A DNA stretch of 64,000 nt from positions 372,001 to 436,000 of the forward strand of contig CBFFRQ010000032.1 of assembly GCA_965644315.1 (NCBI GenBank). Reading direction: 5' to 3'. Source of the DNA: Caecitellus pseudoparvulus. Its lineage: Eukaryota; Protista; Bigyra: Bicosoecida. Both the position numbers and the translations under genes were made by a program. Each line of letters opens with the position of its first letter. Positions within the stretch are counted from its first letter, which is position 1. Of the stretch, positions 34,135-44,641 are shown one piece after another. Under the pieces are notes generated by a model. The model saw nothing but the letters and a program-made list of their open reading frames with translations. It was not told the DNA's origin and ran no database searches.

Positions 34135-36649
34135 ATGAACAGTGGGTCGTATGCAGCCATCGCCAGGCGAAAGAAAGCCATGGTGCGTGACTTCGCAGGG
34201 ATTCAGGTGTCGACAAGTCGCTGCGCGACACACACAAAGGGAGCCTGCCGTCCCTCACCGTTTAGTGCTTGGGAATGGAGCCAAGGCACACCCGCAGCTG
34301 CTTGTCAATTTGGGCTGTATTGACTCGCATTCGCGCCATCCACAGGAAGCAAGGAGCTCTCGCGATGCTGGCGTGCCGCCGAGACCAGCCGGTCAGAGAC
34401 CCAGTTTCCGCACCATTTACGGGTTGCCCAAGTCGGATGCGGGGCCCATTGTGCCGTCGACTGGGGCAGAGTGGGGCGAAATATCTTCCATTGATGACTC
34501 AACCAGCCCAGCTACCTCTGTAGAGCCTGTAGGAGCACCGCCACCCGACCTTTCCTCCTTGCTGCAAACGGCTCCGCCAGGCGTGCCTGCGTGGTTCACT
34601 CACGCCGCCAGCAGCCAGCCCGCGATTCCCACAGGGTCAAGGATCTCCCGTGTCATGCTGCGGCCTTTGTCCAGCGCACCCCGATCTGCCGCAGTGGGCC
34701 CTCATAAAGGCTTGCCCTCTGCGCCAGCTGCATCCAGCAACGCAGCAGGCCAACAGCAGGCTGCAGCATCCGCGGCACCTGCTGAAGCGGCAGCGATTGG
34801 GGCATCGTGCTCTGTGCCTGCACTTCCGACAGAGATGGAGAGGCATGCCGAAGCGCCAGTGTCTGCAGTATCCTTACAGGGGGAGGGTGTGTTTGAGGCT
34901 GGCAGCGTGGGCTCAGCCGGCTCACCCTCACCGTCTGCCAGTGCAAGTCCGGATGAAGCCCCGCCCCACATGCAACTCGGCGACGGAGAGAGCAGCGAAG
35001 CATCCTTGCCGTCCACGGCGTCATCAGCGCCGCAGGACACGGATGGGAGTGTGGGATCGGCCGCGGTGGACGGTGTGCCCGGTACCAGTCTCGACCAAGC
35101 AACACTGGTGCACGACAGTCCAAGTCTGCCAAGTGCAGAGTCCAGCGACAACCTGCCACAAGCACGCTCTCCATATAGCGAAGATGACGCGCTGGAAGCG
35201 GCGGAGGCCTTCCCTGCGGATCCCGACACATCTCACAGGCTGGTGGAAGCTTGGGCAGCCACTGTGCCCCACCACCCCCCGCCGACGATGGACTCTCCAT
35301 CCGGAGCATGTCAACTCCGCCTTGACCCCGGACCCACCGTGCCAGCTGCAGACCAGGCGTTGGCGCCACTGGAGGTGGGTGTGGACATCGAGCAGCTGCT
35401 TCGGATGCGGGCGCAGCAGCGGGGTGCGGGCCAGAGCACTATGCTGCACCCCCGCACGCCTCCCCCCACACACGCACTTCGAGCTGCAACACCTCCAAGG
35501 GTGGCTGAAGACTCTGACAGCGATGTGGAGCTGCCGGCGTCCCCCTCCCCAGCGGAGGGGCTGTCCGCGCTTGCGGCAGCATCCCTGTTTGCCAAGGATG
35601 TGCAGCGCACTTCCCCACCTGGCCTGCGAGGAGACGAGTCCGCACAGCCCACACCACCGGCTACTACTCTACCTTCCAAAGCTTCTGAAGTGCTGCCGAG
35701 TGGACAGACACCGACCCAGTCGAGCACCGGACTCGACCTTCCTCGGCTCGCTCAGCGACGGAAGCGCAAGGCAAACAAGCCAGCCAACCCGCCACGCCAG
35801 GCAGCCCCCCCTGGAGCGATGACTGCACGAACACAACAGGCACGGGCCGACGCGGCGCGTTCCGTTTCCACTGGGCGACGGCAGCAGCCCCCGCAATCGC
35901 GGCCAGCCAACCCCGGGAGAGATGGACCTGGAGAGCCCCCAGTCTCACACCCCGGCACTCGCCCGCGCAGTGCCAGCGCCCGCCGGGGTGTGACTCGTGC
36001 CATGGCTGGCGCCTTTTACGAACGCAGCATGGCCTGGCGTCGTGGAGTAGACGCAGCAGTGTCACAGAAGGCCCGCGTGCAAGAGGCCGCGGAGGTGGAG
36101 GAGTGCTCCTTTGAGCCTCAGATCCTCCCCATGCCGCTCCCCTCAGAACCCTCCCATCCCCGGCACCGGTACCGCAAGTCTGCAGGTCGGTCTCAACAGC
36201 GACCTGCGTCGGCCACCCGCAACACCCCGTCGGCATCGCAGACCCGTTGCATTGACGCGACTGTCGCTGCCCGGCCGATCCCAGCGGTTCGCAGTGCACG
36301 GGGACTGTCTGCCCCGCGCTCCTCACGCCGGCCGCGGGGGTTGCGCAGGCATGAACCTGAGCCTGATTTGAACGTTTCAACTGCTTCCAGTCGCGCATCT
36401 CGCAGGGGCCCTGGCCAGCCACAGCGCAGCAGGCGCTCCCTCAAAGTCCTGGATGCAACGCAGAAAGGCGCTGCTGTCGCAGAGCAGCGCCTGGAGGAGT
36501 CGATCAAGCATGCACGACAATGTCTGCAAGGCAACCGCCCGGTGGTTGCACCGCTGGTGGCTCCCCTCTCCCGAGCACGAGTCAGACGGCTGTCTCATGC
36601 CTTGAGCCCGAAGGCTGGGAGTGCCACGGACAAGCCGTTGTGGGTATAG
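34135..36649 (+). CDS. Hypothetical disordered Ser/Pro-rich protein with an ECSFEP motif; 5' structure uncertain
   Basis: 835-aa ORF. FYERSMAWRR..EEC(S)FEPQI resembles the ECTFxP motif seen in many protist proteins of unknown function. Confidence 0.5.
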
Positions 36650-36659
36650 AGGCAGTGCT

Positions 36660-39600
36660 TTACGCTTCATCAGGGTCTGGCAGCAGGATGGGAGACGTCT
36701 GCACAACGTGTCGGCCGAGTATAATGTGCTGCCTTGTGGCAAGCGGCCGGGCCTCCGCCGCTCGTTCTCCGACTTGTGCCGTTGCTTGGCTCAGGGATGG
36801 GCTGCACCCCAGGCCACTGTGGGCCACCTGTCCTTCGGAAGCGTGGCCCTCTGCAACTCTGGGTGTCACAACTGGGCTTCTCATGGGTGGCTTGGGGAAG
36901 GGCAAGGACACGAAGGCAGCCGAGGGGTGCTGCATCGCTTCTTGCACTCGGCGAGCAAAGTCCTCCCAGTCGGCACAGAGCAGATCCTGCAACATGGCCG
37001 CCACTGGCTGCAGCGGGAAGCACCTGCGGGTCTTCACCGCGTCAAGGGCATCCTTGGCCCATCGCAGTGCAGCCCGTGCAGTCCCACCGGCTTGCGGGTC
37101 CACGTCGCAGGAGGCAGTGGGGGAGGGGGTGCCACAAGCTGAGCGGCTGGACTTAGCGGGGGATGGCGCCGGCGTTGTATCAGTGGAGGCTGCTGGACTG
37201 ACAAACGGAACGGCTCCAGCCACCGCCGACTGCAGTTGCCCTGCAACGTTGTTGACCCGCGCGACCCGCCGCGCTGCCCGCCTGCGCTGCTTGCGCTGTG
37301 CGAGCACTGTGGTTTGCCGCAGCACGCCTTCTCGCGCATGCAGCAGGGCCTGCATGTCATGTGCTGCCTGGTCGTGACACAGACCCAGCACAGCCACTGT
37401 GCGGAGCTGGCAGTGTTGGAAGGTCATGCTCACGCTGTACATGGCAAGCAGTTCGCGCAGAGTGGCTGGCCGCGCCAGATGGCGACAGCATGCTGCCTGC
37501 AGCTGCGGCAGACGAAACTGCTCCCCTACTTCAAACAGCTGCAGCAGCATGGAGACAGGGCTTCCGTCAGCGAGGCTGTCCCGGTACAAGAAGTGCAGCA
37601 GCGCTTTTGCCACTGCGCCGGCGATCCCCACGCTGACTTGTGGTGGCTCCCGCCCTTTCTGTTCATCCCTCAGGGTATGCCGCAGAAGCTGGGCAAAGAG
37701 CGGGCAGCGAGCGGAAAGGACCACCATGTGGCTGGGCACCACCTCGCCATCAGAACACGCAAGGCGAACGTCAGCGAGCTCGTCGCTCAACCAAAAGCGA
37801 GCCACGCCGCTCCATTCATGGTCAAGCTGGGGACCGCCTTGCTTTGCCAGTCTTTGGATGGCATCGTGCATCTGCTGCCCGCTCAAGGAAGCAGCATGGA
37901 GGTCTCGGCAGTCTGGAAGCAGGCACTGCAGCGGCAGCCTCCCCGCATCGTCCTTACAGCCAAGTGGTGCCCCAGCTCCCAGCAGGGCTTCCGCGCACGA
38001 GACATGCCCTGCCCTGCAGGCCTCATGCAGAGCTGTGCGCCCTCGGGCTCCCGGCAGATCAACATGGGCGCCTGCTGCAAGCAGTGCTTTCAAGCATTCC
38101 TCTCTACCGTCTGCGACTGCCACAATGAGCGCGGTGTCGTCTGCAGTTTGCCGGCGATGCTCCGGCGCGGTGGCTTCAGTGAGGAAGCGCGCGTTGGCGT
38201 CAGCGCCGAAGTCAAGAAGGGCGCGAAGGCAGCCAGGTCGATTGTTGATGATGGCGGCGTGGAGGGGCTGACCCCCGTCAATGTTCATGGCGCCCACGCT
38301 GGCCCCGTGCAGAAGCAGCGCCCTGCTGCAGGCCACGTGGCCGTTGCACACTGCCCAATGCAGGGGTGTATCTCCACCATGGTCACGTGCGTTGACGCGC
38401 CCCCTGCGCTCGGCTGGGAAAACAACACTCTTCCCAGTGTCCAATGGGACCCACGGGCGCGAGAGGGACTGGACAGCTCGCAGGACATCAAGGAGAGGCA
38501 GGCTGTACGCAGTGCAGCCATCAAGAGCTTGCAAGTGTGTGCCTGGGCTTCTGCAGTGCTCAGACGGCAGCTTAGAACTCAGGGCGCACGAGACGATGGC
38601 TTGCAGTCGCAGTTGCTGTGCGACGACGGCCATGTGGGCGGTGCCGCCCCCACGGCACAGCACTCGCACTGCTGCGCTGTGGCCATTGGTGGCGGCCTCG
38701 TGCAAGGGCGTGCGCCCCTCCTCGTTGGTTGTGTTGGGGTCAGCGCCATGCTCCAGCAGCAGTGCGAGGAAGTCTGCATGTCCTTCATAGGCGCAGTTGT
38801 GAGCAGGAGCGTTGCCGTCGTGCATGGTGGCGTTGGGGTTGGCGCCCGCGGCCAGCAGCACCTGGCCGATGCCAGCTGCCCCGTGATTCGCCGCAGAGTG
38901 CAAGGCTGTGCCGCCATCTCGGTTTGTGGCGGTGGTGCTTGCTCCAAAGGTGAGCAGTTGCACGACACAGTGCAGCTGCCCGCAGAACGCTGCCCAGTGC
39001 AGCGCAGTATCGTCGTTCCTGTCTCCACCGTGCACGTCAGCGCCATTGTGCAGCAGGAACCGCAGGCACGCCAGCTCACCGTGCCTGGCGGCAGCGTGCA
39101 GGGGCGAGAACGTGCCAGGCCTCCCCAAGACTAGCTCGGGATCGATGCGGTGCAGTGCCGCAAGCAAGTCCACCGGTCCATGTGCAGCCACGTCCCGAAC
39201 GAACAGCTGCAACTCCTCTGCAGGCCAGCTCTCAAGCTGCAGAGCATGACATGTGACTTGTGGGTCCTGACGTATGAGCCAGTGGAGTTGATCGTCTGTA
39301 GAGGGGCATTGTAGCGCTTGCAGGGGGCGCGAGTTTGCTGCAGCTGCGGCTGGCAGCCCCGTACCCGCATCGACCGTGGCTGGCACGCTGTCCCCAGGCC
39401 TGCCTGAATCTGGCTGGTCTCGGCGCCCTCCATGCTGAGCATGACGCACTCCGGCTGCGAATAATGTGTTCAGCATGTGGCGGCTGCCTTCTTTGACAGC
39501 AAGGAGGAGGAGCTGCCGCGCGGCCTCGGCCGGTAGTGGGGACGGGGAGCTGCCCAGGAGCACTGAAGCACAGTCCACGTGGTCTTGCTGCACTGCAAGC

Positions 39601-40830
39601 GCCAGGGGGGACTGCCAGGCAAAGTCAAAGCAGAGGCGATCAGCCCCGCAGTGCGACAATGCGCCCACAGCAGGGGCATGGCCATTCAGTGCGGCAAGGT
39701 GCAGTGGGGTCTGGCCGCGACGGTCCTTCGCGTGCACGGCAGCCTCGCCCTGCGGCAGCGCAAGGAGCAGAGACACACACTCCACATTGCTTACCTCAGC
39801 TGCATGGTGAAGCAGGCACCGGCCACTGCAGTCTGGTCGGAGAGCCAGGGGTGGAGGGGGGACGGAGGCTTGGCTTGTTGCGCCAGATCTCGTGCTGGGA
39901 GGCGCAGGCGTTCCAGGCTGGTCTGTGGAAGACCTCGATGCCGCTGCACCTGGTGAATGCGCCAAGGTGCGCTGGATTAGCACCTGCAGGGCAGCCGCGT
40001 TGCCAGCTCTGGCTGCCCAGCCAGCAAGTGTGAGGCCGGCCTGGTCCTCCAATGCGCAGCACTTTCCTCCCTCTCGCTCAAGCAGTTGCAGGTGCCACTG
40101 AGAGCTGGCAAAAGCGGCGAGGATGTGGAGAGGTGCGATGCCCCATGATGCCCGCGCCGTCCACTCCCTTCCCTGCATGCCCTCCACTCGCGCGCGGGCC
40201 GCCTCGTCAGCTCGGGTCACCACCTTGAGCACCGCAGAGTGGAACTGCGACCACCTAGCCTGGCGCCGCCCCCGTGCGCCAGCACGAAGCACAGCACGAA
40301 TGCAGGCTTGGAAGCAAGCCAAGTGCCTTCCTGCTGCGTGCAAGGGTGGGCCTGCAGGGAAGGAAGGTGCAAGCACAGCTTCGCACGTTGCTGCTGACGC
40401 AACGCGCTGCGGGTCACAGTTCTGAATGGCCCACTGCAGCGTGGAAAGGCCGCTGTCAGGGTCCACTACTTGGCGAAGGGGGCCGCTTTCACTCTCCAGG
40501 GCGTGAATCAGCTGCCTGCTGTTCCTGCGAAGTGCAATGAGCAGCGGAGGCTTGGCGCTGCCGCTGACCCCTCTCCAGTACAAGTCTGCGCCAGCCCGCA
40601 GGCACTGCACAGTGAGGAGCACGTCACACTCGTTCAGTGCTCGTTCAAGTGTTGCCTGCGCTTTACACTGCGGCGAAGCGGGCAGTGTGCGGGAGTGCGG
40701 GCGAGTGGCTTGGCGCTGCGTTGCAGGGTGTGCATGATGAGCGTACTGCAGGTAAGAGAGGCAAGGCTACCAGCGCTTCCCAAGCGGGATGCAGGGGGGC
40801 TGGCAGGCCTAGCAAGGCTTCTTTTGACAT
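36660..40830 (-). CDS. Ankyrin-repeat and BTB/POZ domain protein
   Basis: Many canonical ANK repeats (GQTPLHLAALNGH, GRTPLHEAATNGH, GDTPLHWAVCNGH), then a BTB domain (LADVRLACSDG..PSHMVVLSARCPLF..LLHFLY..QLQAAC). First exon 40747-40830, intron 40668-40746. Confidence 0.85.
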
Positions 40831-41135
40831 TTTCAGTTGAGGTTGCTCCTTGTGTGCTTGCCAGGCTCCACTGAGTGATGCAGGGCAAGCCTGCGTTGCT
40901 GCGCGGCAACAAATCTCTCTCACACGGCGGCAGCTCACGGTCAGGCGACAAAATTGTATGGGATAACGTCAGGCCGCGTGCTGATGGTGGCCAAAGTGCA
41001 AGGCGTGAGTGTATTATTTGTTCGCGCCCCGTAATTGTCCCCGTCTGGACGCGCGCTCGGCTCTGGCAGCGAAGCCAAGGGAAGAATCAGGTGGCAATTT
41101 CCGCAGGATTCGAAGTCCTCTGTGCAACACACGGC

Positions 41136-42302
41136 ATGGCTGCGGTCAAGGCGAAGACAGTGCTACGAGCTGCAGGACGAGAGGGAGCTGTGGAGGCCTA
41201 CTTGCCAGCTCTGGAAGCGCATGGTGTCCTGGAGTTCGTGGACGCCAGCGGCGAAACAGTGCTGCACAGGGCCGCTGGCGCTGGCGCGGAGCAGAACTTG
41301 GCACACCTCCTGGCCCTTCCGGGGTGGGAGGCCCATGTGGACCTCAGAGACTACAAGCACAAGACGCCCCTCATGCACGGCGCTGCATTTCCGTCCATCG
41401 TGCGGCGCCTGCTGTCGTACGGAGCCTCCCCCCTTGCCTTCAAAGCCAACGCGTGGTCTCCGCTGCACTACGCCGCGAAGGCAGGCAGCACGGAGACTGT
41501 GCAGGCCCTGATCTCAGCAGGTGCTGACGTGCGCTGGGAGAACAAAGAAGGCGCCTCTGCGCTGTACGTGGCTGCACGGGAGGGGCATGTGGGTGTGGTG
41601 CGGGCGCTTCTTGAGGCGCAGGGCTCACCAGGCGCGGACCTGGCAGTGCAGCCGACTCGACGCCAGCGCACAGCACTGCACACGGCCATTCGAAGTGGTC
41701 ACACTGACGTCTTGGCTCTGCTGCTTCAAGTGTGCGCCGAGGGGGGGGTCGACCTGTCCGGGCTGGTGGACGCGTCAGGGCAGTCGCTGCAGCACGAGGC
41801 GGCGGAGTATGGGAGACTGGACATGGCTGGACTGCTGATGGACCGGGGCATATCCCCCTGGCCGCCATCTTGCCGTGAAGACGTGGTGGGCCGTCTGCCG
41901 CTGCATGTCGCGTTGCTTGCCTGCCAGGAAGAGGCGGCAGAGTGGTGCCTGAGCACGGCACCCCCAGGCGCCCAGCCCGACTTCGTGGACGGCAAAGGCG
42001 TCCCCGCCGTGTATCACGCGGCGTGCAAGGGGTGCGCTGGCAGCGTCGCTGCGTTGCTGGCGAGGGGTGCGGACCCGCTGTGTGCGGCACCCCACCGCAC
42101 CGCACTGCACGCCGCGGCGGCGGGAGGACACCTGGAGGCGCTGCAGCTCCTGGCTGCACAAGCGGGATCTGAATGGCCAACGACGTGCCTCGATGCTGAC
42201 GGGAAGACAGTGCTGGAAGTGGCCAAGGGTGGCCCAGTGCGGGATTGGCTGCAGCAGCTGCAAAGTGACTCCGCCGGCGGCGCAGCGGACACCACGCAAT
42301 GA
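41136..42302 (+). CDS. Ankyrin-repeat protein, ANKRD16-like
   Basis: The repeat series GETVLHRAA, DYKHKTPL, KANAWSPL, NKEGASALYVAAREG, RQRTALHTA, EDVVGRLPLH and RTALHAAA follows the order of ANKRD16 repeats as remembered. Confidence 0.75.
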   Translation: MAAVKAKTVLRAAGREGAVEAYLPALEAHGVLEFVDASGETVLHRAAGAGAEQNLAHLLALPGWEAHVDLRDYKHKTPLMHGAAFPSIVRRLLSYGASPLAFKANAWSPLHYAAKAGSTETVQALISAGADVRWENKEGASALYVAAREGHVGVVRALLEAQGSPGADLAVQPTRRQRTALHTAIRSGHTDVLALLLQVCAEGGVDLSGLVDASGQSLQHEAAEYGRLDMAGLLMDRGISPWPPSCREDVVGRLPLHVALLACQEEAAEWCLSTAPPGAQPDFVDGKGVPAVYHAACKGCAGSVAALLARGADPLCAAPHRTALHAAAAGGHLEALQLLAAQAGSEWPTTCLDADGKTVLEVAKGGPVRDWLQQLQSDSAGGAADTTQ

Positions 42303-42429
42303 CACTTCTCCACGCACTCTGTTTTTGCACGAATTTCCCGGGCTTCGTGTCCCTCCCAAGCTCTTCGTGTCCACGTTCAGCTGTGCCCTTGCCATTGGCG
42401 GCGGCTGCTGCGGAATTCAGTTCGCAGCC

Positions 42430-44076
42430 ATGTTGTCTGCTGTCCGCGCAGTGCGCGCGGTGCGCTGTGCTGGGGCCCGTACCTTGGCCACAAGTTTTTC
42501 ACCTTCATATGGCATGTTTGTGGACGGGGAGTACAAGCAGGCTGCCTCTGGGGCGACCTTTGACGTGGAGAACCCCGCGACAGGGGAGGTGCTCACAAAA
42601 GTGGCGTCCGCCGGAGCCGAAGACGTCAAGGCTGCAGTGGACGGGGCGCAGGCAGTGTACGATGCCGGGACGTGGTCTCGAGCCGATCCCCGGGACCGTG
42701 CGGCTGTCATGATGAGGGCTGCTGCAGCGCTGGCAGAGCAAGTGCCGGAGTATGCGGAAATCGAAAGCATCCAGACTGGGCGCGCTTTGCGGGAGATGCA
42801 AGCTCAGCTGGGACGCCTCCCTGAGTGGTTCGAGTACTTTGCTTCCCTCATCCGCACATCAGAAGGCTCTGTCACACCCTTTAAGGGCCCGTACCTGAAC
42901 TACCTCAAGCGCACGCCGCTTGGCGTGTGTGGCCTCATCACACCGTGGAACCACCCCATGCTCATCGCCATCAAGAAGATCGCGCCGGCCCTTGCAGCTG
43001 GCAACTCCGTCGTAGTGAAGCCTTCCGAGTTGGCGCCCATCTCGGTGCTCAACTTCGGCCAGCTGTGCTCTGACGCCGGTGTGCCTCCTGGCGTGCTGCA
43101 GATCACACCGGGGCTTGGCGCCGAGGCCGGCGCGGCACTGGCGGGCCACCCCCTCGTGAAGAAGGTGGACTTGACAGGGGGCACAGAGACGGGCAAGGTG
43201 GTGTCTGCGCTGGCCGGCTCCCACCTGGCGTCGGTGGTCATGGAACTGGGCGGCAAGGCCCCCATGATTGTCTTCCCGGACGCCGTGACGGGCGTGACGG
43301 GCACAGTGGGGGGTGGCGCCGACGTGCTGGGGGCGTCCAAGCCGGCCGCCATCGACCCTGCCCGCCTGGCGCAGGTGGTGAACGGCACAGCCTTCGGCAG
43401 CTTCGTCGCGACGGGGCAGACCTGCATCATGGGCGCCCGTCTCCTGGTGCACGAGAGCATCGCCGAGGAGGTGACGGCAGCCTTCGTGGCCAAGGCGAGG
43501 GGGATCCGACTGGGCCACCCGCAGGACCTGTCCACCCAGATGGGCCCCGTCATCTCCGCGCCCCAGCTGTCCAAGATTGAGGCGTTTGTGGCCATGGCCA
43601 AGGAGGAGGGCGCCACCGTGCTCACGGGGGGGGAGCGCCCCACCCACCTGGGACCGGACCTGGCCAAGGGGCACTACTTCCTGCCCACCGTCATCGGCAA
43701 CGTCACGCCCGGCATGCGCATCGTGCAGGAGGAGGTGTTTGGCCCCGTGGTGGTGGTGTACACCTTCAAGACGGAGGAGGAGGCCGTTGCGCTGGCCAAC
43801 GACTCCCCATACGGCCTGGCGGCGTCGGTGTGGACACGTGACGTGGCGAGGGCCCACCGAGTGGCAGACGCCCTGGACACTGGCCTCGTGTGGATCAACG
43901 ACCACCACCGCAACGACCCATCGTCCCCCTGGGGCGGCACGAAGGACTCCGGCATCGGGCGGGAGAACGGCCACGAAGCCCTGGCAGAGTACTCGCAAGT
44001 CAAGTCCGTCGTGGTGAACACGTCAGACGAGCCGTTTGACTGGTTTGTCGACACGACAGGCGTGCGGTACAGCTAG
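42430..44076 (+). CDS. NAD(P)-dependent aldehyde dehydrogenase, probably mitochondrial
   Basis: ITPWNHP, KPSELAP, TGGTETG, MELGGKAP, catalytic GQTC, EEVFGPV, YGLAASVW and PWGGTKDSGIGRE, with presequence MLSAVRAVRAVR. Confidence 0.93.
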   Translation: MLSAVRAVRAVRCAGARTLATSFSPSYGMFVDGEYKQAASGATFDVENPATGEVLTKVASAGAEDVKAAVDGAQAVYDAGTWSRADPRDRAAVMMRAAAALAEQVPEYAEIESIQTGRALREMQAQLGRLPEWFEYFASLIRTSEGSVTPFKGPYLNYLKRTPLGVCGLITPWNHPMLIAIKKIAPALAAGNSVVVKPSELAPISVLNFGQLCSDAGVPPGVLQITPGLGAEAGAALAGHPLVKKVDLTGGTETGKVVSALAGSHLASVVMELGGKAPMIVFPDAVTGVTGTVGGGADVLGASKPAAIDPARLAQVVNGTAFGSFVATGQTCIMGARLLVHESIAEEVTAAFVAKARGIRLGHPQDLSTQMGPVISAPQLSKIEAFVAMAKEEGATVLTGGERPTHLGPDLAKGHYFLPTVIGNVTPGMRIVQEEVFGPVVVVYTFKTEEEAVALANDSPYGLAASVWTRDVARAHRVADALDTGLVWINDHHRNDPSSPWGGTKDSGIGRENGHEALAEYSQVKSVVVNTSDEPFDWFVDTTGVRYS

Positions 44077-44641
44077 ACGCGGCAGACAATGCGCGACAAG
44101 GATCGGCGACTTGATGCCCACCCGGGCTTGGTTTGAATGCAAGCACCCTGCCTGGGGCTCGTCCATGCAATCCGCCTGAGCTTGAATGGCAGCAGCTTTA
44201 CATCGTAAGACGCCGGTGGAGCCTTAGAGCGTGCCCCGTGGTGCTTCGAGCAAGTGGGCAGTTGCTGTGTGGCGTTGTTTGGCTTCGCTGAGCAAAGTGC
44301 AGGTTTCAGATGCACCCTCCGAAATGGAGCACAGCAAAATCGCTTACTTGGCACGGAACGGTTTTACCGAATAAAGGCCAGGCAGCACAGAGGAGTGAAC
44401 TGCCCGAGCCCTTTGTCGCAAAAGGGACCCCAGGCAAGTTGAAACATCCATCAGCGCCGCACAATCAGGGCAACTGCCTGCCCGGGTGTGACATTATACT
44501 ATGTCGATAAAAATAAACGCGTACTTCTTCATTGCGCACTGGATATTCAATGTTGCCTTCCCAAGGTGTGCTGTGCTGCTTGTGCTGCTGTGCAAGCGAG
44601 TTGGGTGAGGTGAAAGGTGCGGAATCTGGGACCACCACGCC

